From assembly GCF_004010195.1 (NCBI RefSeq), contig NC_057759.1, positions 3,758,860-3,822,859 on the forward strand: a stretch of 64,000 nt of DNA, given 5' to 3'. Under the pieces are notes generated by a model. The model was not told where the DNA came from. It was given only the letters and a program-made list of their open reading frames with translations, and searched no databases. Positions 1 through 12,300 of this stretch are shown here, one piece after another. Made by a program: the position numbers and the translations under genes. Positions within the stretch are counted from its first letter, which is position 1, and each line of letters starts with the position of its first letter. Origin of the DNA: Chiloscyllium plagiosum. Taxonomy: Eukaryota.

Positions 1-1270
1 GTTTGAGGTTTGGCGGTTGTTTAAAGGCAAGTAGTGGAGGTGTGGGGAAGGTCTTGGTGAGGTGCTCATTCTCATTGATAATGTGTTGCAGGTCACGAAG
101 AACATGGCGTAATGTTTCAACCCCTGGGAAGTACTGAACAACGAAGGGTACCCAGTCAGTTGCAGCCCGTGTCTGTCTCCTGAGGAGGTCATTACGGTTC
201 CTTGCTGTGGCACGTCGGAACTGGCGGTCAATGAGTTGAGCATCGTACCCCGTTCTTGTGAGGGCATCCTTGAGTACTTCCAGGTATCCATCACGTTCCT
301 CCTCATCTGAGCAGATCCGAGGTATGCGTAGGGCTTGTCCATAAGGAATAGCTGTTTTAATATGTTTTGGGTGGAAGCTGGAGAAGTGTAGCATTGTGAG
401 GTTGTCTGTAGGTTTGCGGTAGAGTATGGTGCTGAGGTGTCTGTCCTTAATGGAGACGCACGTGTCCAAGAATGAGACAGACAATCGAGAGTAATCCATG
501 GTGAGTTTGATGGTGGCATGAAACTCGTTGATGACACTGTGTAGTTTTATCAGTGACTCCTCGCCATGGGTCCAGGGGAAGAAAATGTCATCAATGTATC
601 CAGTGTACAATGTTGGTTGGGGATCCTGCATAGAGAAGAAATCTTGTTCGAACCTGTGCATAAAAATGTTGGCATATTGGGGTGCAAACTTGGTCCCCAT
701 GGCTGTTCCGTGTGTCTGGATGAAGAATTGGTTGTCAAAGGTGAAGATGTTATGATCGAGGATAAAGCAGATGAGTTGTTGGATGGTGTTTGGAGGCTGG
801 CAGTTGTTGGTGTTGAGTACTGAGGCTGTTGCCGCGATGCCATCCTTGTGGGGAATGATGGTGTCGAGTGCGGAAACGTGCATTGTGACGAGGAATGTTC
901 CCGGTTTGACTGGTCCGTGGGTGCTGAGTTTCTGTAAGAAATCCGTAGTGTCGCGACCGAAGCTGGAGATCCCCTGTACAATAGGTTTCAAGATGCCTTC
1001 CACATAGTCAGAGAGATTCACCCATTGCCCGACACGATGGGACGTCCCGGTGTGTTGGCTTTGTGTACTTTTGGAAGGCAGTAGAAGTCGCCTACACGAG
1101 AAGTACGTGGAATGAGGGCGCGAAGGGAACTCTGAAGGACTGGATCCAAAGTTCTGATCACTGTGTTTAATTCTCGGGTGTGTTCTTTGGTCGGATCAGC
1201 TGGTAGTTGCCTGTCGTGTTCCTGGTTGTTCAGTTGCCGGTACACTTCCTTGCAGTAATCTGTTCTATTC
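1..1270 (-). mobile_element. Penelope-like element (PLE) reverse transcriptase fragment, inactive
   Basis: Minus-strand translation gives FYCLPKVHKANTPGRPIVSG, QTHGTAMGTKFAPQYANIFM, GYIDDIF, SFLD and LYRKPTD, all PLE RT motifs. There is a frameshift near 1018 and the first catalytic Asp reads His (TMHV). Confidence 0.92.
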
Positions 1271-1274
1271 TGAA

Positions 1275-2380
1275 TGAAAGAAATAATAAGCATTTTGCCT
1301 ATGGACGGGGAAAAGTTGATTGTGGGGTCAATGAGTAAGTGAAATAGGTCAGTTCTTTTGAAAACACCCCATGTCATTATAGGGTCTGGAATGTGTTAAA
1401 TGATTAAAGGACATGGAAGGAGGTGCATCAGGCTCTGAAATGATTGAGGTCGATATTGAGTACTGAAGATGTCAGAGTCTCCAAGCTAGAGATGAGATGC
1501 TGTTCTTCGAGCTTGCTCAGAGCACCGCTGAGTCGCTGCAGCAAGACCCAAGATCGCAATGCTGGTCATGGTTTCATACACTACAGAAACAGACCTGATA
1601 TCCTAACCTAATCTAATCCCATTTGCTAGCACTTGGCCCATATCCCTCTAATTCCTTTCTACTCACGTACCCATCTAAATGTTGTGATTGTACCAGCCTC
1701 CTCCGCTTCTTCTGGAAGTTTTCCCATTGACACAGTACCCCCATTTTAAATCTTTCCACTCTCACCCTCAATCTATGCATTCTAGTTCCGGATTCGCCCA
1801 CCCCAGGAAAGTGCTTAGTCTATTTATCCGATCCATGCCCTTCATGATTTTATAAACCTCTATGAGGTCACCCCTCAGCCTCCGAGATCCAGGGAAATGT
1901 GCTCCAGTCTATTCATTCTCTCCCCATTACTCAAACTCTCCAAACCTGCCAACATTTTTGTAATTCTTTTCTGAACCCTTTCAAGTTTCACAATATCCTT
2001 CCAATAGGAGGAAGATCAGAATTGTACTGGAATATTCCACAAGTGGCCGACTAATGCCCTGTACAGCCGCAATATGACCTCCCAATCCTATAAAGGAAAG
2101 CATGTTCAGCGTGGAAAATGGTGGGGTGTTGACGTAGCGGGCTTTGTGAAGCTCGGGGTCACTTTTACAGATCTAACACAGGCGCTCCACAAAATGATGG
2201 CCAGTCTATATTTTGTCTGCCTTGTGCGGAAGAGACCATATTGCGTGTAATGAATACAGTTGGGTGAATTGCTGGTAGATTGCTGCTTCACCCAGAAGGT
2301 GTGTTTGAACATTTGGATAGTGTGGAGGTAGGTAGTAAGTGGGAAGAAGTTCCATTTTCTGCAGCTCGCATGATCTGACA
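1275..2380 (-). mobile_element. Old PLE GIY-YIG/3' fragment split by a CR1 insertion
   Basis: Minus strand has a KLEEQHLI-type C-terminus near 1490-1515 and a degenerate CIHYTQYGLF (YCIxCxxCGLLY-like) segment near 2230-2260. Confidence 0.65.
1575..2100 (-). mobile_element. CR1 LINE 3' fragment
   Basis: Reverse complement encodes RLRGDLIEVYKIM followed by a CR1 3' UTR. Confidence 0.85.
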
Positions 2381-3234
2381 ATAGTTTAGTTTTACTTCTT
2401 GCCTTCTGGAGAGTTCAAACAGAGGATCTGCACTCAATCACTGGACGGAGACAGTTCGTGGTTTTAGTGAGTCAGATGTTTTGTGACTTTCAAAAACAAG
2501 TCCGGTATATGCAGCCTTGCAAATACTAAAACATCTGCTTTTTTTTTCTTTCCAGCTCTATTTATCTTTCTCTCTATCTTCACAGGCATCATTTATTAAG
2601 TTGAACTCCAATGAACTTACACTTTCAGAGAAATAAAGAATTTGCAAATGCTCTTATTCCAGGCCAGGTGTTAAATAAAAACGTATTGAAACTGTTATTT
2701 ATAGAAACACATATTTGTCAGATATCTTCACTGGACATATTTGCTTCGGTGAGACAGAACTCAGTCATTGCTCATTTTGAGTCCCATCCTGAGACAAAGG
2801 ACTGCTGGGGTCTCATCTCACGCAGTTCATTTTTATACCCATTTCATTCAATCAGTGTCGAAATCTTAAAGACAACAAGTCTGTGTAGTTCCATTATTCT
2901 CTTCACACAATATCATTGCAAATATGTTCCCAATGCATATTTTGGAAGTGAATCCTTCCTTCCTTGAAAGGAACCATGGAATAGCAATCAGCTTGTCAAA
3001 ATGGCCAAATCGATACACAAAACTTTGCGTTTAATGGAACTACAGTCTGTTTAATAACTGATCTGCAGAGAACATGAACATGCCTAATTTATCAGTTATT
3101 GTAATGGAACAATACTGATTTTATTTTTAAAATCTGATTGACCCCTCCCCTCTCTCGATATAGCTAAATACAAGAAGAAAAAATTGCAATTCGCCATCCA
3201 AAATTGTGTGTGATCTATGAGATGTGCCACCGAG

Positions 3235-3790
3235 GCAAACAGTACAGCATCTGGCCCTTCAGCCCACCATGTGTGTATCTGACAATGACATCATTCTATA
3301 CTAATTCCGTCTGTCTGCACAATGTCTGTTTCCCTTTTCTCTGTCTGTTCGTGTGTCTGTCGAAATGTCCTGTAAACCTTGCAATCGTATCTGCTTCTAC
3401 CATTTCCCTTGTCAGTATGTTCCAGGCATTTACCACACTCTGTGTGAAAAAAATGTTGCCTCGCATATATCATATAATTTTTATCCTATGTCTCCTTAAA
3501 TCTGTGCCCCACCCCGCCCCACCATTGTCTTTGACATTTCTATCCTGGGAAATAAACTCCGATTATCCACCTTCTCCTTGCGTCTGATAATTTTACATTG
3601 TTTTATGAGATATCACCTCAGCCTCCAACATTTGCTCATAAAAACAACCCACATTGTACAACTTCTTTTCATAGTTAATGCACTCTCATCCAAGCACACC
3701 CTGGTAAATCTCTTTTGAAGCCTCCACAAACTTCCTACAGTGTGGCAACCAGAACTGCACACCATACTTCAATTGTGGGCAAAACAAGGT
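3235..3790 (-). mobile_element. Degraded CR1 3' fragment
   Basis: Reverse-complement CR1 tail and ORF2 C-terminus (gcaaccagaactgcacacca). Paralogous to 14060-14995. Confidence 0.7.
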
Positions 3791-4329
3791 TTGATAAAAT
3801 GTCATATTTTCACATTTTAGCGATTTCCATTGAATTGGGAATGATTCCAAATGAAAACAGAACCTTGCCAAAAGCAATACTTCACAAGAAGTATTGAAAG
3901 TACTGGCGGTGTTTAGGTATAAAGTAAGAAAGTGTGTTTTTAAAACTTTTAAAACACCTGGTTCAGTTTTCATTGAGTCGGTTTTACCTCTTGTGGAAAA
4001 CATACATTGCCAAGAAACGACGAAGTTAACAGTCAGCATAACATTACCCAATCATCAGGGATGCTCGGTCATTACAGAAACATGAGAGGTACTGGCTTAG
4101 CCTAAGGATCACACACCTCAGGTGAGGAGAGAGATTTTAAGTAAAATCCTGAACTGGTCATACAGTCATATCGTCATAGAGTTATCCATCATGGAAATAG
4201 GCCAGTCGGCCCAACTCATCCATGCTGACCAGATTTCCCTAAGTGAACTAGTTCGATTCACCTACGTTTCGTCCATATCCCTCTAAACCTTCTCTATTCA
4301 TTTATCGGTCCAAATGATATAATTATACC

Positions 4330-4445
4330 TGTTGTGATTGCAACGAGGTCAGCCAAATGAATATCAAATGAAACGAGTTCCCTGATTCGCATTGTTGACT
4401 TGATCCAATCAGAGAGCCCAGGCTGACAGGTGTAAACAGGAGATT
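4330..4445 (+). mobile_element. Truncated LTR (5' part of the LTR at 12993-13490)
   Basis: Starts TGTTGTGATTGCAACGAGGTCAG and contains ccaatcag...ggctgacag. Cut off by the GC-rich repeat at about 4447. Confidence 0.6.
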
Positions 4446-4446
4446 T

Positions 4447-4620
4447 AAGCTGGAAGGTGGGTAGACCGTCCTGACGGCTGTCACCCCGGGCGGGTACCGG
4501 GGCGGGCTGTCCTAGACGTGGTCGAAAAGTGTGTCAGGGCGGACCGAGAACTGGAAGGGCATGAAATGGACCAAGAGCTGGAAGGTGTGTAGGGGCGGGC
4601 TGCCTTAGAGTGGCCAGAAG
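4447..4620. repeat. GC-rich repeat block, copy 1
   Basis: Close direct match to 6231-6394. Confidence 0.85.
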
Positions 4621-5824
4621 GTGGAAGGAACAGGGGTTTGCTTGGTCTGTATTATCTGTACTTATTGTATGTAACAGTATTGTCTCATGTACAAATATCA
4701 TTATCGCTGTCTTTTCAGATGTGAAATTGGAATTTTAGGTTTGTCCTCATCTCCCTATAACCTGATTGAACAGTAGGGTATGAGGCATAGCTTTGCTGCT
4801 CCTTTCCCTTGTACAATTGCTGTTGTATACAGATGTAAATGTTAACAGTTTTTTGCAAACTGTTTTGTATGTTTTAATAAAATAAACATGAGATTTAGAT
4901 TCCCCTCCATTTAGGGGACTGACACTATGCTGGCTGGTGCTACAGTCAGTGTGTTACTGTTACTTTCTGCTTCTCTTTTTGGGGGTTGGAATCCTGATTC
5001 CTGAACTGGCTGAATTATTTAGTCAGTTTGGTAACTGGTATTTCTTTAATGAGGAGTGATTACTAAACTCCTGATGCACACAATATGTTTCAGGTGTGAC
5101 TCAGTTCTCATTAGGGGATTGTTGTTTCACTGGCTGGTTACAGCCTGTGTGTTACTCTTTTTTCTTTTGGAGAAAAGGACAATGTGAATTTTATGGTAGG
5201 GCTTGGAATCTAGTTTCCTTTGATTTTTGTTCGTGTCTTCACTTTTTTTGATGCTTGGACTGAGCCATTATAGAAAACATACAGTTTATCAGAGGAGCTG
5301 TTCCTATGGGGAGGCCTAGCCCTGGGACTGGGCCTCTGAAGATTGAACACCTGTGTGTGTGCTGGGAGGTGAGTACTTGCTGTATCCTGTAGTTTGGGAG
5401 AAAACCTTTCCTTCAGGAGTGGAAAAAAACCCCTGTGAGTTAACTGCACCTTTAAAATGTACTGTGTTCCTGTGAGTGGCCCGGGCTCTCCAAGGATGTG
5501 CCAGGGCTCCATGGAGACCGAACACCTATGTGCTGTGGTGTGTGCATTTGCTGCCTTTGGGAGTGGGCTCACCCCTTGGTTGCGGACTCTGTTTTTAGCA
5601 ACGGACTCTGCAGTTTGGAGTGGACTCTATTTCCGACAACGCACATTTTAAACTGGAGTGGACTCTGTTCCTGGAAATGGACTCTACATTTTGAAGAAAA
5701 ATGTCTGTGCTAATGGACTCTGTACTGGAAAGGACTCTGTTTGTTGGTAATTAACTGTCATATGTTTTGTTGGAGTTATCACCTGCACTGTCTTGCGTGT
5801 CTCTGGTTCTGGCAGGTATTACTG

Positions 5825-6394
5825 TGAGCTGGAAGGCTCATGGGTCGTCCTGAAAGCTGTGAACCCGAGAGCAGGAGGGTGGCTAGGCCGTTCCGAGCGC
5901 TGTCGTCCCGAGAAGGGGTAATCCGGACGAGCTGTCGAAAAGTGTGTCAGTGTAGCCGAGAGCCAGAAGGTGCGTAAGGGCAGACTGAGATCCGTAAGGC
6001 TTGTGGGCTACCCTGCAGGCTGTCGTCCCTAGGGAAGGGTATGGGCTGTCCTAGGGGTGGCCGGGAGGTGTGTCAGAGTAGCCCACTGGCCGGACGGTGC
6101 ATCGGGGTGGGTGAGAGCCCACTGGTACATAGGGGCAGACCGAGAGCCAGAAGGTGGTTAGCTGTCCTCAGCGCTGTCACGTGGGCGGGCTGTCCTCGAG
6201 GTGGTCGAAAGGTGCTGAGGGTGGTTAATGAAGCCGGAAGGTTGGTAGGCCGTCCTGACCGCTGTCACCCCGTCGGGTACCGGGGCGGGCTGTCCTAGAC
6301 GTGGTCGAAAGGTGTGTCAGGGCGGACCGAGAACTGGAAGGGCATGGGTTGGACCGAGAGCCGGAGGTGCGTGGGCTGCCTTAGAGTGGCCAGA
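5825..6394. repeat. GC-rich degenerate minisatellite-like block, includes copy 2 of 4447-4620
   Basis: Recurrent submotifs gagagccagaagg, gggctgtcctag, gtggtcgaaagg and gctgtcaccc. Runs into the gap. Confidence 0.8.
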
Positions 6395-6894
6395 NNNNNN
6401 NNNNNNNNNNNNNNNNNNNNNNNNNNNNNNNNNNNNNNNNNNNNNNNNNNNNNNNNNNNNNNNNNNNNNNNNNNNNNNNNNNNNNNNNNNNNNNNNNNNN
6501 NNNNNNNNNNNNNNNNNNNNNNNNNNNNNNNNNNNNNNNNNNNNNNNNNNNNNNNNNNNNNNNNNNNNNNNNNNNNNNNNNNNNNNNNNNNNNNNNNNNN
6601 NNNNNNNNNNNNNNNNNNNNNNNNNNNNNNNNNNNNNNNNNNNNNNNNNNNNNNNNNNNNNNNNNNNNNNNNNNNNNNNNNNNNNNNNNNNNNNNNNNNN
6701 NNNNNNNNNNNNNNNNNNNNNNNNNNNNNNNNNNNNNNNNNNNNNNNNNNNNNNNNNNNNNNNNNNNNNNNNNNNNNNNNNNNNNNNNNNNNNNNNNNNN
6801 NNNNNNNNNNNNNNNNNNNNNNNNNNNNNNNNNNNNNNNNNNNNNNNNNNNNNNNNNNNNNNNNNNNNNNNNNNNNNNNNNNNNNNNNNNNNNN
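6395..6894. other. Assembly gap (500 N)
   Basis: Run of N. Confidence 1.
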
Positions 6895-7269
6895 CCCCCC
6901 CCCCCCCGCTCCCCAGATAATATCTCAAACATTGTCTTGTATAGGGCAAAGGTGGAACTTGTTAAATAAAGCAGGAATAAGTTCTGTGTTTGTTTGTGAT
7001 ATTTGAGACTCACCGCCCCAAAGGCATCAGCAGTCTTACTGTTGGTGTCCCAGAGTGGGGGAGGGGGGGGGGTGAGGGGAATTGCACGGGCTGGTTTGTG
7101 GGAGGACGATGGACAGTGCAGCCGGGTCAGAGGGAGGTAGGGGCACGGGCGGAGGGCGCGGGTCGAAGGGGTGCAATTCTTGGGGGCCGGAGGCTCTTGC
7201 CTGGGTGCTGCTGCCTCGTCCCCTGAACGGGGAGCTGACTTAGTAAGTGCTCACCGTGTCAATCTCATT

Positions 7270-7345
7270 GAACTGATTGGGGGCTGGGGGGCGAGGGCGC
7301 TGGAGTCTTCATCAATCCTGCAGGTCCCTTATATAAAAGTGTGTG
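7270..7345 (+). promoter_or_regulatory. Putative Pol II core promoter (inverted CCAAT plus TATA), probably element-borne
   Basis: CTGATTGG at about 7273 and TATATAAAAG at 7330-7339, downstream of a GC/CpG-rich tract. Confidence 0.35.
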
Positions 7346-7559
7346 TCTGCTTCGATATAAACCCTGAGACAGAGAGAGGGAGCAAGGGCAAGGCAGGCAA
7401 AGCGAGGAAAAAAGAAACTTCAGAAAGCTCCGAGCCCCAGAGGAGAGGCATTGAAACAATTAACAGAATAATCATTTATCGAAACGAAATACTGCCTACC
7501 CATCTCGTTTGGATAATCAAGGTCTCTTTATATACCAGTCCCTGCCCCCTTCTAAACAA

Positions 7560-8035
7560 TCGAGTCACAGAGATATACAGCAGGATATGAATTGGCACAA
7601 TTCATAACTTGCTGACTAGGTTTCCAAAACTAAAGTAGTCCCATTTGCCTCTGTTTAGTCGATGCCCCTGTAAGCATACAAGCCGATGTAACTGTCCAAA
7701 TGTCTTTTAAATGTTGCAGTAGTACTCACCTCCACTATTTCCTCCAGTTTCTCGTTCCATTATATGCAACACTTCCTCACCTTAAACCTATGCCCTCAAC
7801 TTCTGGATTCTGAAATTCTGAAATTCACCAGATCTATACCTCTCACAATTTTGTAAATCTCTCAAAAGCCACCCCTCAGCCTCCTGCACTCCTGCCAAAA
7901 AACATTCTGGCATATCCAACCTCTCGTTAGGAATCAAACCTCCAGTCTTAGCAATTTTTTTTGAAAACCTTTCCTCACTCTTTCTAGTTTAATCGTACAC
8001 TTCCTTGCAAAGAAACCTGAATTGTGGCCCTAACA
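7560..8035 (-). mobile_element. Degraded CR1 3' fragment
   Basis: Reverse-complement CR1 tail and cacccctcagcctcct (RRLRG). Confidence 0.75.
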
Positions 8036-9057
8036 TTGGTAAAATTAATTCTGTCCCTGCGGATTTTCATCTTGCCACTTCCATAGAGAGCAGCAAGCAT
8101 CCCTCATTTGTCAATTTTGAGTGCCATACTCTCCATCATACTGTTGATCTCGTCTTTCACTCTATATCTAACAACTACTTGTATAATTTCAAAAGTTGAT
8201 GTGAAACTGGTAATATTCTTCTTTGTTTTTTTGTGAGATTTTACAGGAATTTGCAGTTTTCATCTCAAAAATACAAGATTGATTGACAGGATTGTTGCGT
8301 TTTTCCAGAGCAAGTAACCTGGGTGTGTTATTAGAGCAATAATAATACTGTTAGGCCATTTGATGCTCGTAAGAGATCCACTTTGCAGTGCACGAAGAGA
8401 ATGTCTCTTACTGGTTCAGATTTTGCAAGTTCAAGTCCTTATGCAGTAACTGTGGATTATCATAACAACAGACTTATCAGAAAATGAAGCAAATTTGGAA
8501 CTCATTTCATGCTAGCGTCCCCAAATTTACCAGGGTGTGTCCTTTTAGATTTCGCTGCAGGTCGTTATTCCATTGAACATATGTTTTTCCTGTGCAGTGC
8601 AGCCGTTAATCTCCCTGAGGTAACAGTGGCTGAAGGACCTGAACTTAAGGGAATTTATATTTGCCAGGATTTGGTGTTGGAGAAGCTGTTAGGTCTGAAG
8701 GTTGATAAGTCTCCGGGGCCTGATGGTCTGCATCCCAGGGTACTGAAGGAGGTGGCTCGGGAAATCGTGAATGCGTTGGTGATTATTTTCCAGAGTTCAA
8801 TAGATGCGGGGTCGGTTCCTGAGGATTGGAGGGTGGCAAATGTTATACCACTTTTTAAGAAAGGTGGGAGAGAGAAAGCAGGAAATTATAGACCAGTTAG
8901 TCTGACCTCAGTGGTGGGAAAGATGCTGGAGTCTATTATAAAGGATGAAATTACAACACATCTGGATAGTAGTAACAGGATAGGACAGAGTCAGCATGGA
9001 TCTATGAAGGGGAAATCATGCTTGACTAATCTTCTGGAATATTTTGAGGATGTAACT

Positions 9058-9260
9058 NNNNNNNNNNNNNNNNNNNNNNNNNNNNNNNNNNNNNNNNNNN
9101 NNNNNNNNNNNNNNNNNNNNNNNNNNNNNNNNNNNNNNNNNNNNNNNNNNNNNNNNNNNNNNNNNNNNNNNNNNNNNNNNNNNNNNNNNNNNNNNNNNNN
9201 NNNNNNNNNNNNNNNNNNNNNNNNNNNNNNNNNNNNNNNNNNNNNNNNNNNNNNNNNNNN
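9058..9260. other. Assembly gap
   Basis: Run of N. Confidence 1.
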
Positions 9261-9438
9261 ACTGAAAGACTGAAGCGACTGGGCTTTTCACTGAAAGACT
9301 GAAGCGACTGGGCTTTTCACTGAAAGACTGAAGCGACTGGGCTTTTCACTGAAAGACTGAAGCGACTGGGCTTTTCACTGAAAGACTGAAGCGACTGGGC
9401 TTTTCACTGAAAGACTGAAGCGACTGGGCTTTTCACTG
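9261..9438 (+). repeat. Six identical 29-bp tandem units derived from CR1 sequence
   Basis: (ACTGAAAGACTGAAGCGACTGGGCTTTTC)x6. The ordinary single copy follows at about 9464. Confidence 0.95.
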
Positions 9439-10214
9439 TCCTGGAATGGCATGATTACCTTACACTGAAAGACTGAAGCGACTGGGCTTGTATACCCTTG
9501 AGTTTCGACGATTGAGAGGGGATCTGATTGAGACGTATAAGATTATGAAAGGATTGGACACTTTAGCTGAAGGAAACATATTTCAACTGATGGGTGAGTG
9601 CGTAACCAGAGGACACAGCTTAAAAATACGGGGTAGACCATTTAGGACAGAGCTCAGGAGAAACTTCTTCACCCAGAGAGTGGTGGGTGTGTGGAATGCT
9701 CTGCCCCAGAGGGCAGTGGAGGCCCAGTCTCTGGATTCATTTAAGAAAGAGTTGGATAGAGCTCTCAAAGATAGTGGAATCAAGGGTTATGGAGATAAGG
9801 CAGGAACAGGATACTGATTAGGAATGATCAGCCATGATTATATTGAATGGCAGTGCAGGCTCGAAGGGCTCAATGGCCTACTCCTGCACCTATTGTCTAT
9901 TGTCTATTTATTGTTTTGGTTCTGCTTACAATCTTCCTTGCGTTGTAACTGATAAATAAATTGTAGCTCTTGTACAGTTTAAATCGTAATAAAGGTGAAA
10001 ATCCTATTAATTATGAAAGTTTCTCATCACCTTTTAAAAATTTCTTAATAGCAATAGTTCACGAATTTGGAATCATGGATCGTAATGCTACACATTATGG
10101 GAGTAAATTCGTCAAACTCTGAAGTTACCTTCAGGTCAATATCTTGAAATAATAAACTTGATAGTTTGAGAGAAATTTTGTTGGATATCAACACCGGTTA
10201 AACTTATAAGTTTT

Positions 10215-10635
10215 CTCGTGGGACGTGGGCATCGCTACCTGGCCGACATTAACTTCTCTGTTCCTAGTTGCCCCTTGAGGTGTGTGCACTGTAAGTTAAC
10301 CCACAACGTCCCTAGTGGGTAAGTGAAGCTAAGTCCAAGAAAAGATCAACCATAATCGTACTCAATCGTGGAGCAAGCTCGACAGGCCTGATTGGACTAC
10401 ACTTGATCCTGTGTTTTTTTAAATCTTCTTTAGGAGGAAATTTCAGTATTTTGACCTAATAACATTGAAGGAACAGGCGATACATTTCCAAGTCGGGATG
10501 GTGAATGGATCGAAGGGGAACTTGCAGGGGATGGTGTTCCCATGTACCAGCTGCTCTTGTTCTAGATGCAAGTAGTTGTTGGATTGTAAGGTGCTGTCTA
10601 AGGATCTTTGGTGAATTTACCAGTATTCCTTATAC
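10215..10635 (-). mobile_element. L2-clade LINE 3' fragment with a small CR1 tail inserted
   Basis: Reverse complement of the family seen at 31620-32120 and 42125-42920. Confidence 0.65.
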
Positions 10636-11958
10636 AGAGTTAACGTTTTCAGTCCAGTGACCCCTCTTCAAAATAATTTCAGGAACTCTGGTTGAGTGAA
10701 TGGTTGCTCCTTTCTCTTTTCTTGTCAAAGGATTCACTCTTTTCTCTGAAAGTTCCATTTGACAATTCTGACAATATCGAAATGATCAGTTGTTGTTTTA
10801 GAGTTTTGAACAATTTGGGACTAAATCTGAAACAGATTGTAGACACTGCCTGCTTGGAAAGGATTTCTTTTCTTCCTGCAGTTCCAGCTAAGTCAAGAAG
10901 CCAGACAACTGACTGAGCAGTAAATCCCTTCAGTGAATCAATAATTCACCCAGGACTTTCACTCTCTTGCATCACAATGGCACATTGAAATATTTCTTCA
11001 TCAACTGCAAGGTGCAGGATTCCAAGAAGCTGGCAGAATATTGACTCTTCAAGAACAAATAAATTCCATCTCAAGATATTGGGTACAGATACCCTAATCC
11101 ATGAAAAAAGACAAATGGTAATGAGAATTGTCGCAAACGTGAAATAAGGAATTACAATTATTCAACAAGGATATAGCTGATACTTGTGGGGTCAGTGAAT
11201 CTAATGACGAATATATTTGCACAATGTAAGAACGTACACGTATGTCAAATTGGTCCGATTTGATTCTCTTCACTTTTGCAGCTGTGAGCTGGAGTTGAAT
11301 ATTGAAATTGGAACTTTGATCAGCAGCTTGCTTCTGTATTATTTTTAAAATAAAAAAAGAAACGGATGCTTGCATTTGGGAAATGGCCTGGAAAGGTAAC
11401 TGCAGGTTAGTTATAGTTCGAAGAATGTTGAAGGCATTTCAGACTCATAACTAAGTTTAGATCGCAGACATTTTGCTGTATAACATGGCTGCACTAATAG
11501 TATAGCATTAATACAAAATTGTTAATTTTTGGTCAAGTTATAAATTTGCTATCAGGTGTTTGTTATTCTTAGAGTTTGGTTAGGAACTGTTGGGCAATTT
11601 TGAGAAACATTGAATATTTTTATTTCACGAGGTTGTAAATGGAATGATAGCGAAGTTGATTAAGCTTGTTGTCTTTGCGTTCTTACTAAGAGCGATCACA
11701 CTGCCAAGTTATTGGCTGATCTAGGTGCTGAACAGGAATTAAACTCTGAAGTCTGGCACGAGTCCAAAATTGCAATGAAAGACTACAAAATCACGGTGCA
11801 TTTGATACCAGGGTGATGCTGTGGCATTGCATATCTCAAAGGAACTGTGTTGTGTTTTTCAGTGCAGTGTAGATCTTCGGACGTGTACCAAGAAATCACA
11901 AAAGTTGAAGCTGTTCCTATGGAACGTGTCTGTGTTTCTTGTTATTTTTCAAGATCGT

Positions 11959-12300
11959 GGGCGGCACAGTGGCACAGTGGTTAGCACTGCTGCCTCAAAG
12001 CGCCAGAAACCCGGGTTCAATTCCCGCCTCAGGCGACTGACTGTGCGGAGTTTGCACGTTCTCCACGTGTCTGCGTGGGTTTCCTCCGGGTGCTCCGGTT
12101 TCCTCCCACAGTCCAAAGATGTGCAGGTCAGGTGAATTGGTCATACTAAATTGCCTATAGTGTTAGGGAAGGGGTAAATTTAAATGTAGGGGTTGGGGTA
12201 TGGGTGGGTTGCGCTTCGGCGGGTCGGTGTGGACTTTTTGGGCCGAAAGGCCTGTTTCTGTAATGTAATGTAATCTAATCTAATCTAATCTAATCTAATC
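11959..12300 (+). mobile_element. Full-length HE1 V-SINE
   Basis: tRNA head with A box (TGGCACAGTGG) and B box (GGTTCAATTCC), V domain, (TAATC)n tail and an ATCGT target-site duplication. Confidence 0.95.

Larger units (their letters stand above)
1275..4445. repeat. Left arm of an ancient inverted segmental duplication
   Basis: Colinear reverse-complement match to about 13100-17020 through both repeat and unique sequence. Confidence 0.88.
8609..9907 (+). mobile_element. Young 5'-truncated CR1 LINE (ORF2 RT to 3' end) spanning a gap
   Basis: Open frames KSPGPDGLHPRVLKEVA...NYRPVSLTSVVGKMLE...SCLTNLLEYFEDVT and RRLRGDLIETYKI...FFTQRVVGVWNALP. Ends in a (CTATTGT)n tail. Confidence 0.95.

Noticed and set aside
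6312..7013. Long ORFs of 200-230 aa in the track
   Set aside because: Artefacts of translating through the 500-N gap.
9261..9438. CRISPR-like 29-bp repeats
   Set aside because: No spacers, CR1-derived and in a vertebrate context.
8509..9817. 254-aa and 109-aa ORFs as a host gene
   Set aside because: They are CR1 ORF2 reverse-transcriptase sequence.
10882..11065. Plus-strand terminal exon after a strong acceptor, with AATAAA downstream
   Set aside because: Encodes only 11-13 unrecognisable residues and has no linked upstream exon.
11959..12030. tRNA gene (A and B boxes)
   Set aside because: It is the tRNA-derived head of an HE1 SINE; the same applies to the other SINE heads.
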